Of a DNA stretch of 62,216 nucleotides, positions 46,667-60,567 are shown in pieces. The stretch spans positions 62,001 to 124,216 of the forward strand of contig LVLI01000097.1 in assembly GCA_001687465.1 (NCBI GenBank), given 5' to 3'. The DNA comes from Halocafeteria seosinensis. Its lineage: Eukaryota. The translations under genes were made by a program, and so were the position numbers. Within the stretch, counting starts at the first letter, position 1; the number at the start of each line of letters is the position of its first letter. Below the pieces are notes generated by a model, which saw only the letters and a list, made by a program, of their open reading frames with translations, was not told where the DNA came from and searched no databases.

Positions 46667-48573
46667 TCACAGATCCTCCTTTAGCCTTGAATGATTTGGC
46701 CTGCGAGTGTTGAGAATACGCCTAATGTTGTTGTTAATGATGTTTCGAATCCTAGTGGGCCCGAACGACGTGCGCATAGTGTCTTGAGCTTGTGTTCCTT
46801 TTTCTGCTGCTTCTGTTTGGTTAATTATTATCCTGTGCATAAGACGTGAGAGCGAATGGGTGCAGGGCTCCGCCTGGTAATGTCCCTGGAAGGCTCCTTG
46901 TTGGATCGGGGCTAAGTGGGTGTATGGTAGCAAGTACGAGTTTGACGGTGTCATGAACTCTGTCGGCCCGCTCCAATTGGTTGCTACCACTGGAACACCC
47001 ATTGCCATGGCCTCTGAATGGGGTCGGCCCCATCCCTCTCCTCTTGAAGGAGCTACAAGTGCGTCTACCGACCGGTAGACTTTGGGTAAATCCGTCTGTG
47101 GTATCCCTGTTAGAAGCCTTAAAGCAGGTAGCTTGCCATATCGCCGACGACGTACGGGTACATGGACTATTCCCCCGTTTCTATTGACACGAACCAGTAG
47201 GACGTCTTCGTACTCCTTGACAGGAATGTTTTTGCAAAATGCAAGTGCACCGTCTCCATTGAGTACGTTGGACGCCGGTGACTGTACATCGTGAATATCG
47301 TCTAAGGCATCCACGTTGGGCTCATGGCCTAAAATTGGCTCATGAACGACATTTTGCAGCCAGTCCTCATCGCCAGTTTGCTCCAGGTGATTTAGAGGCC
47401 TAACAACTCCAAACTGGTATAACTGTTTTAAAGTTGGCCTTATTTGAAATTTTAGTCGAGAGCTATCCGTTTGCGGTGTTAGATCGTCGAAGTGTGTGTC
47501 TTCAAAATCGACACACCACCAACTGTCGCCGAAATCGTAACCACGTAAATAGTATGACAACGTCTCGCCCTGTTGAAAACGAGCGCGTAGTTGTCGAATC
47601 ACTTCAGAGCAAGACATATTCTTTTTCAGGAATTCCTGGACCTTCATGTGGAAATCAGCCTTATTATGGTATGTCGACGCGAGCACGTACAGCATAGACT
47701 CTTTGGCCTCAGTACTCTTTGAAGTCTTGGTGGGCAATGCCGGGCTGCTGTTTTCACGTTCTGGGGCATGTTTCAAAAGCCCGAGGAATGCTTTCAACAG
47801 GACATCCCATCCCTTTCGATGCTCCCATTTGAAAACTGAAAGAAACTTGACAATGTTCTCCGGTTGCTTCATGGACGGTAAAGGGTCATGTTCAGAACGG
47901 TTGAAAGCATAAATGTCTACAGTTTCCGGTACAACAAATAGGCGGTTCGCATGGACTCCACTCTGGATGAACACGGACTTCATCCATTCTGTCGGCACCC
48001 AGATCTCATTCACGCGAGAGGTCGGAGGATTGAGACGCTCCAACCATCCTTCTGGAATCCGATCCGTCTGTGTCTAGACAAGTTATAGAATTCCTCGTGG
48101 CCGAGCGGAGGAATCCAACGGACAAAAATTTACCCACGTACCTCAAACATTGTGCGCCCAATCGCGTACGCCGCCGTCCGTGGCGGACAGACCGACGTCG
48201 GATATAAGGAAGGCGCCCATGCGCCCGGCTCGGAATGGCACACGACAATGGAGCTATGGAACTCGACATGAGCCTTATAGGAATCCATGAGAACTTGTTT
48301 CAAGTGAAGTGGAAGCCCCGCGACGTACTCCCTTGAATAGCCATCCCCGTGCTGATCAATGGTCATGGTGGCAATGGGCGATGTCTCTGTATCTTCGTAG
48401 GACAGCATTTTGAGCGCCGTCACGTACGAAGTGGCCTCGCTGCAATATCCTCCTCCTGAGAAAAATGGAGCCATCCAGTGAAGATTATCCACATCTTGAG
48501 CATGTGCATGATCATTCTGGAGGCATAATAAACAGAGAAAGCAGCATAAATGTACCAACTTCATGGCCGCCAT
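46667..48573 (-). CDS. Secretory-pathway GT4/group-1 glycosyltransferase, 2 exons
   Basis: Signal peptide, WMAPFFSGGGYCSEA, CHSEPGAW, IGRTMFE|TDRIP, EIWVPT, FLSVFKWEHRKGWDVLL, PSRGEGWGRPHSEAMAMG (EX7E), ATNWSG. Ends KEDL. Confidence 0.9.
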
Positions 48574-48809
48574 CACGCTCCCAATTTGAATTCTTCGACG
48601 CCGATAAGGGCCTCTTTTCCGCCATTCCCTGCTCTCGACACAAGCAAAAATGTCAACTTCAACAAACCTTTACCCTTATCCCCTCTATAAGAGCGTGTTT
48701 TGGCGTCAAAATTCTCTTTGGAGCAACTTCAACTACACATAGGAAGGGGACCTGAGAGTAGATACTGAGGGTATATTTGAATTGTTGACGCAGATCCAGG
48801 AGGATAACG

Positions 48810-51800
48810 ATGGCCCAGTCTCAGGCGCAGCTACAGCAGCAGGCTCCTCATGCGCCTGAGGATGCCACAGGAGGTTCCGGATCTGGAGCCATGGCGGTGG
48901 CATCCAGCAGTCTACCTACAGCTGTGGCGAACATCCACAAGACCTTCCCCGTTACCGGGCATTTAATGTCACAACGCCGCCACCGAGCTGCATTTATCCG
49001 CGATAATACAACAGCGTTGCAGCTCCAAGCAGATTCAAGTCGCCTGGCGCAGAAGGTCTACCGACGACGGCAGAGATCCACGAGCAAACGGCGCGTCCAG
49101 GAATTGCTCATGGATTGCTCCGCCGAAGTGCATAAGTCGATGCTCCGAGCTGGAGCCCTGCTGCAAACCATGTCCATTGTTGATTTTATGCAAGCTCAAT
49201 ACATCCAGGAGAATGCCAACTGGACGCTCTATCTGCAGCATTGTATGAATGCTCTCGTGGCGGCCAAATTTGTATCGGATGACAGTCGTATTGCGTTTGC
49301 TCCCATTCAGCCTGCGTTAGGCGCTGTGAAGTCGTCATATGCTCATGGATCCACCTCCACAGACGACGACAACCATCAATATGCAACGGTGGATGATGTC
49401 TCCGCGTATTCAGCAGCTCTGCATTACCTGGCCTCCTTTTTGGCTTACGATGAAGCGGCTAGTAAAGACTTGTCAGAGAGGATTGTGAAAAACCAGAATC
49501 CGAAACTAGGCAAATCGCGAAGCGCAGGATCGGGACAAAAGAAGACTGTAGTTGTTTCGGCAGCAAGGCACCTTGGAGTGATACTACGTAAGTCATCTTC
49601 GACTCCAGCATTGCTAAGTCCTTCGAAAAACTATGGAAAGAAGAAAGTAAAGAACGATTGGCAGTCATTACGCATTATCGACTCTTATGAAGACCTATTT
49701 GAGTTCACAAAGCAACGCCAGTATTCACCCGAACATGGTGAAGATGAAGATAGGAGCCCTACGGATAAGCCTGTTCAAGAACCTCTTCGAAACCCTGCCA
49801 TCCTCTTACTAAGTAGTACCATGATTGAGTGGCTAGGCGATGAGATGTTTGAAGAATCCGTTCGTGCGGATGAATCGATCGATACTGTCATACAAACACC
49901 GACACATTTGGCTCCCCTAGGAGATGTTCCCATACCCCAGTTGATTGATAATGTGATCCATCGACTAAGCTCTGCCAGGATATACTATTGCCTCCAGTCC
50001 CGTGCAGCCAGCAAACACGAGGGTCGCCCGCTACACGAAGCAGCCGGGGTACAGCAAGCAGAGTTCGAAGGCGATTCCTATTCTTTGTTGTCAGCTGCTC
50101 ATGCTGCCACGGACTACGTATCAAACACGTACGTTAGAAGTGAGGATAAAAGCTATGTATTCGCCGATAGGGGCGTACCTTTCGTGGTCAATCGATCTGT
50201 ATATTCTCATATGCGATCCCATAAAGATAGCGCCGGCAGTGAACCCATCGAAGGAGCCGATTTTGCTGGAGAGTACCCGCCGATTTTGGAAGCGAGACCG
50301 GCCAACTATACAGAAGAAGACCCAGGTTTTGTGCATTTCGCACCGGCAATGTTACAACAGCTCATTGAATCTACTCAGTGGCATGCTTTTATTTCGGAAC
50401 ACAACGACTCGAAAACCATGGAAAGAATTAGACAGGTGCGAGAGTGGTTTGGGGATCAGTCTGTACAGAGCGGAATTGTTAAGCAACTGTATGTAGTGGT
50501 CGACAAAGGGAGTGCACAGAACTCCCTCTCTGTTTTGTACCCTATCAGTTCTGAAGCAATGAGCACTCTATTTCAAACATACTTGTTAGGTGATGATTTG
50601 CCTCTCGTAGACCCCTCAACGAGGCATGCCAGGGCTAGCTCGGAGAAGAATTGCTGCACTGTAGAAATTGCGGTCCCTTTTCACAGAATCGCACCAGCCG
50701 TTTCGGATACAATCGACGCATGGGTTTCCCAGCTCCAAGTGAGGGAAAAAGAGGCACAGAAAGGAGGAGCTGGAACGTCAATAATTCGTCCGTTGAACTG
50801 CACTCCATCGGATTCCATTCTGGTTGCTGATTCTTTCCTCTTTCGGCTTCATTGCAGCGCGGATTACTTCAGGGAAAAACATGGTTATATCGTGTTCACG
50901 ACGCCCAGCCATAAAGTAAGCATCATCCGTAGGGTCAATCTGATATTACTAGCGTTGTAACTTATTCCGGAAAAATGTCGCAGGGTAATGGCAAGACTGA
51001 AGAACCTTCACAGGAGTTGGAACTTCGTTTATCACCTTGGATTCCCGCATATCTTCAGCCGGGTGATCCGTCTTATAATGGACGCTTTGACAGCCGTGTA
51101 TATCAGAAAAACCGTGATTGTTGCCATTGGAGAGCATGCTTGCGGCCTCGCCCGGCTTCGAAGTCTGAGAAAGATGAAGCTGCCATGGTACAGTTGCAGT
51201 CCGTATTGCCTAACTTATCGAAATTGGGATTGTGTGAGGAGTGCAAGCGGATAAAGACTACGCTTGCCATGGAATATTTGGCTTCAAAGAAAGGGAAAGC
51301 AAAGAACAACAAACAGAAGACGGAGGATGACGTGGACAGCATTGCTGCAGTTGATGTACCAGAGTTGCAACGGTATTTGCCCAGGCCTGTCAAATCGTCT
51401 ACCATTGGTATTCAAAACGAATCGTACGCATTCTACAACGTGAAATGGACTCCTGTACTTTCGACAGACATGCTGAATCCCCGAGATGAACCTGACGAGA
51501 CTTGGAATTCATACGTGGAAGGGGTCTACTCGTTACCCAGTTGGAGCTCTGTGCCTCGTAATATGTCCCAAACCCCGGAACAATCCACTAAGTCATTGAT
51601 GTCCCTAATTCCTGCAAGCAGCTGGTTGACACAAGAATTGCTTAGTGGAAAACTGCGATCTACGCTTGAAGGTTTCTTTTCCAAACTGAAGTCTAGTCAG
51701 CATCCTCCAAGGAAAACCGGCAAAGTAAGTATTACAGTCATGAGGGTTTCCACTATTCTTTTGAATCTTCGATATATGTATTTCGAATGCAGCAATATCC

Positions 51801-52275
51801 ATTACCTTCCGGCTACATATTTAGGGCATTAGGAGTTGATATCTTGGATAATCTGAAAGGCATTAGTCGGGAACAACAGCATGAAAAATTATCGGAACTG
51901 TGCCGGGAGAAGCTTCAACAGCTACGGAAACAGGTTGAATCGGCAAGGAAAATCAGAACTGTTGAACGAGAAACAACGAACGAGGTCCAAATGCTTGCCC
52001 AAGAGGGCGTCTATCCCTCTCGTGAGTTGGGTCACATTCGTGCCGAATATGAGAATCTTGAGTATGAGAGAATACAGCGCCTGGGTACGTTTGCTGGTGA
52101 TAGCGCCGCAGAAGGTCCTTCATCTTCTCCCAAGCTCATGTCTGAAGGGAATGGTGGTTTCCGAAACAGCGACGAAGAAAGCTTGGAATCTGAGCTGGAG
52201 CTACGATTCGCCGTCAGCAAGCGTGACATACTTCGGGAACGACGAGTTAAAGAGCTCCGGAACAAAATGGATTAG
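48810..52275 (+). CDS. Large hypothetical protein (about 1100 aa), 3 exons
   Basis: Track ORFs 48810-50960, 50975-51832 and 51787-52275 are linked in frame by GTAAG..CAG introns (about 50916-50983 and 51725-51792). No family recognised; coiled-coil-like C-terminus. Confidence 0.7.
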
Positions 52276-52762
52276 TGTTTCGTCCCACGAAGTATGCTCG
52301 AATGTCAGACATTTGGCACGAAATCAATTTGCTCGGATGTGTTGTAATAATGATTCTCCCACAATTATTTTCATATTGGTGTCCACTGCCCCGATAATTA
52401 ACTACACCGGTATACCCAAATGGTATCTTTCATCGTTTTATCTCATCTGCTTCCAACACCTAATAAGGCGATAGCCTTGACGAATTTTCTTGAGTGGAAG
52501 CAGGAGGTATTCTTCAGGTTCTACCCCGAAACACCACCAGGTACATATATACTTGATGCATAGTTGTCTGCAATCTCGAGAAATCATTGGTGCAGAGGGC
52601 ATAACACTACATGTACGGAATAGGCAGAATCCCGTTGAAACATTTGTGAAGTTGACTCGCCAGAGCTTCCCCCCGAGCTGATTTGGACATGTTTTCAGAG
52701 TTGTGTGACTACGGACGGTAGCTTGTTGGATTCTCCGTTAAAGACACACCTGGTAGAGCTGG

Positions 52763-55152
52763 ATGGACATGGACGATAGATGGAATAATGCTCTAAAAAT
52801 AGTGTCGGAAGGCTGCCGGCGACAAACTTGGTCGCAGGATGACACTTCCGCAACTTTGGAAGCTTTATGCGGCTCCGTACGAGCATATACAGGCCCCATT
52901 GCACGTACGCTAGATAGCTACGAGCCTAAACCGTATACTCCGCAACATGACCAGTTCTGGATCTACCTGTGCATTTGTGGCGGACTCGTTATAATTGCGG
53001 GACTCATGGCAGGACTAACCTTGGTACGTCTTATTCTTATTTTATACGATGTCCCCAAGCTCTTGATGCTCACGAAGACATTTGGTTTTTACACTCCTTA
53101 CGCTATGCTACTTACAGGGATTCGTCTCAGTGGATCCGACCTACTTGAACATCCTTTCGCGCATTGGCACGCCTGCAGAAAGAGCCATGTAAGTCTCATT
53201 AACTAAGAATTTGTACAACCCATACAAGGAAATCTACCGCTAGGTGGTATTAACTGATGCTCCAATTCCGCAGGGCCGAAAAAATTAAACCTTTTGTGAA
53301 CCGATACCATTTGACACTGGTTTCACTGTTACTCGGGAACTCGTTAGTGGTATGTGCCACACACAACAACTGAGAGCCGAGACAGCATATGTGGACGTCT
53401 GTGGAAGTTTTTGCAGAATGAAGGACTACCGGTCTTTATGAGTAAAATTACCAACGAATACGTGGCTATTGTAAGTAACTATTCCTAGGAGTCCCGACGA
53501 GGTACTGATTAACATGCGTTCTATCTTCCCAGATTGTTTCTGTTACTCTAGTGTTACTGTTCGGAGAAATCCTTCCTAGCGCAATATTTACAGGACCGAA
53601 CCAGCTTCGAATAACTTCCTCGATGCATTTCATAATGTGGTTTATCCTTGGTGTCTTCTACTTCATAGCAGCTCCTATCGCTTGGCTCCTCGATACAGCA
53701 CTGGGAAAGAGTCATGGACTAAAATTTCAGCGAACAGAACTCAAAGAGTTTATTCGGCTCCACAGCGACCCTAATGGGAGTACCGCCCCCGAGGCTATAA
53801 ATGATGGGTCTCATGGCCTTGCCCGAGAAGAGAGCGTTCTCCACATTCATGAAGATTTCGAAAGGAAGCAAACTCTGTTGCCCACTTCTACCCAAAACTC
53901 CGAAACGCAGCAGCGACACGCAAGCAAGGGGTATGCTGAATTTGCCGCCATAGACAACCAAGACAGTAGCATCACTATATCGTCACCCGATAAGGATCGC
54001 CAGACCAATGAAAAGGGCAACGGTAGCATTGATTCGAGCCGTAAAGCAGCGGAACTGCGGCATATCACGGCGTCGGCAGCCTCGTTTCTAGAGGGTACGA
54101 GACGAGAAAACCCCGAAAATGCTATTTCTTCGTCTGGTGGTATGCTAGTGCTACCAACTAAGCAAATTAAGAAACAGCACCGTCCGCGTGAGAATAGCAA
54201 TCGCTCCCATTATAGCGAGAAGCTTCAATCTCCTCTGCTTGGGAGACCATCAGTCAAGCATGCAAACACCACAAAGCGCATTTCGTTTCTCACTCGAGTT
54301 AGGCGGTTCCTCCAGCCCTACAAATCCCTGGAAGCGGAATCTTCAGATAGCGAAGATGAGCATATTGAGAGCCACGTTTTATCACCTGCAGAGGTAAAGA
54401 TTATCACAGGAGTCTTAGAGTTGAAAGATAAGACTGTGGTATCGCGCATGATACCGATAAAAAACGTCTTCATGCTATCCACGGACGCATGCTTGGATCA
54501 GTAAGTACGGTAACGCGTAGCCGCTTTGTTTTGCTTTTGTGACATTATTCTGCCTCTGCAGAAATCTGATTGGGGAAATAGTAAACTCTACTCGTTCACG
54601 AATACCAATCTATGTTGGCTCTGACAAGAATGCTGTGGTTGGAATAATGTTTGTCAAGCTACTCTTGACTGTTGAGCGGGATGCCAGTCGTACGATTTCA
54701 CAAGTTCCAATCGGACAACCACTTGTGGTGGAGCCCTCAACAACTCTTATAGAGGCATTACGCGCGTTTCAAAACGGCCGCTGCCACATGGCATTGGTTT
54801 CCGAGCAAGCAGAATTGATACGAGAGAGTTTATATAATGGTATTTTGCATGATACAGCACGCGTGCAAGTGCTAGGGATTATAACACTAGAGGACGTTCT
54901 AGAAGCAATGCTTCAGGTAAGATATTAAAATTCCGCTAGACTTTTATAACTAACCCAAAATGATATCGCTGTGACTTGCAGGCCCCCATTGACGATGAAA
55001 CAGACATCATGGCAATAACAGGAGAGCTAGCTTCACCAAGTAAGGACTCTCAAGACAGAAACCTCCAAGCTCAGGATAGCACCTATACAAGAAGAACCGA
55101 TGACATCGTGATTCACCCTGCTGGCTCAAACAAGTTCCGACCACACGAGTAG
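52763..55152 (+). CDS. CNNM/DUF21 transmembrane + CBS-pair metal (Mg2+) transporter-like protein, multi-exon
   Basis: AGLMAGLTL|GFVS, HLTLVSLLLGN, NEGLP, SVTLVLLFGEILP, ELKEFIRLH, EVKIITGVLELKDKTV..MIPI..VFML, SRIPIY, FQNGRCHMALV, GIITLEDVLE.ML|..IDDETD. TAG at 55150-55152. Confidence 0.9.
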
Positions 55153-55184
55153 TGCTACCATCACGTGTAGTTTAGCAAGACTGT

Positions 55185-57859
55185 TTATTTCCCTTGTCTC
55201 TTAATCACCTTTCTCCGGGAAGGATCAAGAACCTTCTTTCTCATCCTTATCTTTTGCGGTGTCGCTTCAACTAGGTCATCGTTCTTAATATACGTTATCG
55301 CTTCCTCCAGCGAGAAGAGCTTCGGAGGAGCAAGGCGAATTGCCTCATCCGTACCCGATGCCCTGACATTGGTCAACTTCTTTGCACGCACTGGATTGAC
55401 ATCCAGATCATTTCCTCGGGTGTGTTCCCCAATTATCATTCCCATATACGTTTGCTCTCCCGGTTTGACGAAAAGAACACCTCTTGCCTCTAAATCTCTC
55501 AGTGCATAAGATGTAATTTGACCATCGGTATTGCTGACTAAGGATCCCTTCTGGCCGGCATTTAATTCAGGCTGGTACTGAGCATATCGAGAGAATGACC
55601 TATTAAACACGCCGGTCCCTTTTGTATCTGTCTTAAACTCGGATTGAAAGCCGATAAGCCCCCGCGAAGGAGCCTCAAATATAAGACGCGCCTTCCCTTC
55701 TTGCGTTATGTAATCCTTAAGTTCCCCTTTGCGCTGAGCCATTTTCTCGATAATCCCTCCAGCATACTCTGTAAAAGCGAAAAGAGGACTCTTAAACGAA
55801 GCTGTGGATCAACCTCAGGATATCCCAGGTTCTTCATCCCTACCTTCTTCGACATCCAACGTCAGTTCTTCATACGGCTCATATTTTGCGCCGTTCTTGT
55901 CCCTTTTAAAAACAACCTTGGGTGGGGATATTGAAAGCTGCGACGATAGGATATCCCAGATTATACATAATTCAGCACAAATATTATTGGTAGAAGATCG
56001 CTCATACCTCGTAGCCTTCGCGCCGCATATTTTCGATAAGAATAGCTAGTTGCAGTTCTCCTCTGCCTTGAACCTCAGCGGCGTCGGTCATTCCCTCTTT
56101 GTTTTCGTCATCGCGAACATCAAAGAATTCTTGTTCACCTTCCATCGCAACATCCCGTTCACCTTGGCTATCTTTGTCCGGATCAGTAATCACCCTTAAC
56201 GAGACGTTCGATTCGGCTTCCTTCATTAGACGGCGATGAATCTGAGCCGCGGTCAGGAATTTTCCCTCCTTGCCCGCCAGCGGACTGTCATTTACTCCGA
56301 ACGACATCGATATAGTAGGTGGGTCGATGGGATATGCGAAGAGTGGTTGCTCTATCTTAGCAGAGCAAATGGTATCAGTCGGTGAAGCAGAAGGGAAACC
56401 TGCTAACTGAATTATATCTCCAGCTTCTGCAACATCAAGAGCTGTACGTGTCATCCCTCGTCGTGCGAATATTTTAATCACACTAGCTATCTCTCCCTGA
56501 GGTTCTCCAGTCCGGGATAAAATTCTCAGCTCGTCACCAACCTTGACTCGTCCTGATGATACCTTACCAGTTACCAGACGACCAACAAACGGTTCTGGCT
56601 CGATTGAAGTCACTAGCATGCGAAAATCACTATCTGGGCCATCAATAAGCATTGGAGGGGAAATGTACTTCTCTAAGCCGTTTAGTATGGCTTTCATATC
56701 ACCATTCATGGACTCTGTTATTTCTGACGGATCTTCTACTGCCCAACCATCCTTGGCCGAAGCGTAATAGACGGGAAAGTCTAACTGCTCATCATCAGCG
56801 TCGAGACTGTACATAGAAACTTGTGACATCAAAAACGTTCCCAAGAGACCTTCTGCATAGGCAAATCTTACTTTGCAAATAAATCAAATACTTCGTTTTC
56901 AACTTCTCCAATACGATGATCAGGTCGATCAGCTGCATCGCCCGACAATGCAAATAGTTGCTGCTCAAATAGGTAGCCGTTATTCGTATAGTTTGGAAAC
57001 TAACCTTTGTTGAAGACAACCACCGGCTTCAAGTTATTCTGGAGTGCTTTCCCCAACACATACTTCGTTTGAGCCATTGGTCCTTCCTGTAATCCAATCA
57101 CGACAGTGGCAGTAAGTTCATCAAACGGCCTTTTGAATTGCTAATTGGAAAAGGGATTTACCTGAGCATCCACGATCAAGAGTACACCGTCAACCATGGA
57201 CAAGACTCGTTCAACCTCTCCTCCAAAGTCAGCATGCCCAGGCGTGTCTACAATATTGTACAAAATCCCATGTTCCTTATACTCAAAGGACGTCACCTTT
57301 GAAAAGATGGTAATTCCTCGTTCCTGTTCCAAAGCATCCGAATCCATGGCTCTCTGCAAACGCATGGCGACATCTTCGCGTTATAGACATCTTACTGTGG
57401 AATTCAAAAAAACTCAAATTGTCTCACCTCTGCCAGATTCTCGATTCCAGAATTTTTCAATAGTTGATCGACAAGCGTCGTCTTGCCATGATCAACATGG
57501 GCAATGACAGCAACGTTGCGAAGAGGGCGTGTGCATTGCATCGAATGCTTTGGATACTCCATTTTCGAGTGACTCGCAGCTCCGAATGCCATTGTCCCTA
57601 AGGCCCCCCTTACAGTTGGAACTCCCATACCCTGTGATACACCAATTAATGGGGAAATGATCCCATTCCGCCGTAAAATCCCTCTATTAAACGCTTGAGA
57701 GCCTCGTAATCCAGGGCGTATGGCGTGGATTTGTCGAGAAGCAGAGCTCACAAATCGCCTGCATGTGCCCATGGGAGACTTCCCACCGACGCTGCCGAGA
57801 GTGCCTAGTCGCCCAGACCCTCTGGTCAGCGTGTTTCCGTGCAAAATTGGCCTCATCAT
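55185..57859 (-). CDS. typA: Organellar (probably mitochondrial) TypA/BipA translational GTPase, about 7 exons
   Basis: Arg/Gly/Ser-rich presequence, [99 protein letters not shown]. Confidence 0.96.
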
Positions 57860-58119
57860 GGTCAAATACTGCTGTAATTCATGCTATACACTGCCGCCAG
57901 TAGTGTCGCTTCAAGCTGACAGGGACGTATTGCCCTCGTACTACCAAGATCGATAGCCTACAAGCGAGCAGCATTCACTACTACACATACCGGATTCTGT
58001 ATCATACCCTAATGGCTCTTATTCTCTATGTGAATGGCCTCAAAGCATGCATGCTGCATGCATTGAATATATGATTAACTCGACGATTTGTTTGACACGT
58101 TGAAGTTAGTAGCCCACCG

Positions 58120-58680
58120 GTGACCGGGCGGCATTTGATTGACGAGGTTGTCGCCAATGAAGACCACGCTTGCGTCTTCGATGGGACTTGGAGGGCTAGT
58201 CAGATGGCTTCCTGTGACGCTCTCCATTCCGCGGCAACGTTGGTGCCTTCCTCTGTACAGTACCGTAGTCGGAACAGTCTCATAAGAATCCGAACCGGCT
58301 CGCTATACAGTACGCTCCACCCACGGCAGAAATTTACCGCTTGGCCTTCACGTACATTCAACCTCGTTTCGTCTCCCAACTTGGGACGCGTGTAACTCTT
58401 GCATCATGCAAGTTTATATGGCCCAAAACATGTAGTATTGAAAGGGTGTTAATATTATCATCACACTTTCCGCTCGGTATATTTCGGCTTACGATCATGA
58501 CCCGCTAACGGGATGAAACGTTTCGAGTGTATGGAGTATACAGTACATGAGGTAAGAAAATGTCGACAAAGTTGTTTTCCAGAGTGAAGGAGGGATTGAT
58601 GTCTCGCTTGTTCGGGGAGTTTGGAGGTATCCCGAGATACGTTTTATCTAAGCCATCGCTGAGGAAGGAATGAATAACTT
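58120..58680 (+). pseudogene. Decayed CR (Crinkler/RHS)-type NTPase gene fragment
   Basis: Frameshifted motifs in the expected order: Walker-B-like HACVFDG, NLVSSPN, VWS..EVRKCRQSCFPE, then LFGEFGGIPRYVL (GGxPR motif, about 58610-58645). Confidence 0.65.
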
Positions 58681-59124
58681 CCTTAACCAATAAATATACA
58701 TGTTTCCAGAGCAACATAGACAAGATGGGCACACACCAGAAAAGCTTCTGAAGGCGGAAGAAATGTTGAGTACTCGAATTCCCCGAAAATGTCATAATGG
58801 ATTTAGGTCAAACTTCGAACTCATCAGTAAATAGTTGTACATCAAAACGCGGTTACTGAGTCTCTCTCTGATTCATCATGCTTCGAAGAATGCTCACTCT
58901 TGGATTCCCAAAGGGGTTCAAATGTCTTGATTCCCAATGGATAGTAGGATTCAGCTTTCTTCATACTGCTTTATTAGCACTAATGTTTTTGTCTGATAAC
59001 GTAAAGTAGTAGTGTCGTAAAGAGAAAGAAACTATTGCTGAATGAAGAGATACTGAATGAAAGGAATCCTAGGCTGAGAAAAAAGAATTTCCTTGTCCAG
59101 GACGACGACGAATTCAGTATACAA

Positions 59125-60567
59125 ATGGAGCATTCAAGGACTATTTCCCCGTGCTTTGAGACATATCTACAGTGGTTTCAACTGCATGTGCAAGAGGGAA
59201 GCGACTTGGACGAAGAGGTATCTTATTGGGAATCTGTGGAGAGTGGGAAGAACAGAGAGGAATTTGAGGAGGAGCAGAACGAGGAAGCCATTCAGTCCCA
59301 TTCATCCATATCCAGGCTACTTGCGTGGCCTAGATGTGCAATACGTGTGCAAAGGGTGTACAATGAAGGCCCTCTTCGCTATTACCCGAATTTCAGAGGG
59401 AAAGTGTACGTGACGGCATCAGGAACCTTAGCTTTCCCGAAAGACATGGTCCAAAGAGTCTTGCCATCATACTTGCCTCAGGAACCTCTATCAAAGGAAA
59501 GCCTAAGATGGACAGTTGCGCTGGAATTTCACGATGTATTATTCCCGGAAAGTGATATATTTGCTGCAATTCCGCCTACACTGCTCCACCTAGACATTCG
59601 ACTTTGTACGAACAACGAGATACGAGATCAATCTTTTCGACACTTTTCCAATCTTCTGTCACTGGATATCAGCTTCTGTAGTATAACGACGATTACCAAC
59701 GCTGCATTTTCTCATCTTTCTCATTTGACATCCTTAGAGATGATGTGGTGCTGCCAATCGACAATAGATGACGCAGCTTTTTCTCATTTGCCCAGTGTAA
59801 CGAACCTGAACATCAGTGCGTGCTTGCAAATGACCGATAATGCATTCCGCCATCTCTCAGCCTTGCGAACCCTGCAAATGAAAGGGAATACTCAGACGAC
59901 AATTACAGACAACGCTTTCTCCCATCTCGTCAATCTTCAGTATCTAAACATGAGTCGTTGTAATCAATCGACGATTACAAACAAGGCATTCAGTCATCTT
60001 TCGGCGATAAAAGGACTGTACATGAGTGCATGTAATCAAACAACCATAGGCAACGAAGCATTTCGTCACTTGGGACACCTACAGGAGCTGAGCCTTAGCA
60101 CGTGTGATCAGAGTACAATCACTGACGCGGGATTTGCTTTCCTTTCAAGGCTAACCTTCCTTGATATTGGGGACAGCGAGCGACTAGGACTTAGCAGCCA
60201 CGCTTTTCGTGGCTTGGCCAATTTAGTCTGTCTCGAAATGGGTGGATGTCGGCAAACAACTCTAGACGACAGAGCATTTCAGCACCTAACCAATCTGAGA
60301 GTCCTTAAGATGATGCATTGTAATCAGACAACTCTATCGGATGATGCTTTCACGTCGCTATCAAAATTGGTTCATCTAAATATGGCGGGCTGCTCCCAGT
60401 CAACAATCACCGCAAAGGCGTTCCGACACCTACCCAGCCTCACGTTCTTGAATGTCCCTTGGTGCAAAGAGAAGATGGGGAATATGTCTGCAACCGATCT
60501 TCCTCATCTCAAGACTCTACGAGATGAGTTTGGACAGTGCAGGTTGAGAATCTCTCAGCTTCCTTAA
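59125..60567 (+). CDS. Intronless leucine-rich-repeat protein, copy 1 (about 12 Cys-containing 24-aa repeats)
   Basis: Repeat consensus AFxHLxxLxxLxMxxCxQxTIT(D/N)x. First in-frame ATG at 59125 (track ORF opens at 59035). Confidence 0.9.
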   Translation: MEHSRTISPCFETYLQWFQLHVQEGSDLDEEVSYWESVESGKNREEFEEEQNEEAIQSHSSISRLLAWPRCAIRVQRVYNEGPLRYYPNFRGKVYVTASGTLAFPKDMVQRVLPSYLPQEPLSKESLRWTVALEFHDVLFPESDIFAAIPPTLLHLDIRLCTNNEIRDQSFRHFSNLLSLDISFCSITTITNAAFSHLSHLTSLEMMWCCQSTIDDAAFSHLPSVTNLNISACLQMTDNAFRHLSALRTLQMKGNTQTTITDNAFSHLVNLQYLNMSRCNQSTITNKAFSHLSAIKGLYMSACNQTTIGNEAFRHLGHLQELSLSTCDQSTITDAGFAFLSRLTFLDIGDSERLGLSSHAFRGLANLVCLEMGGCRQTTLDDRAFQHLTNLRVLKMMHCNQTTLSDDAFTSLSKLVHLNMAGCSQSTITAKAFRHLPSLTFLNVPWCKEKMGNMSATDLPHLKTLRDEFGQCRLRISQLP

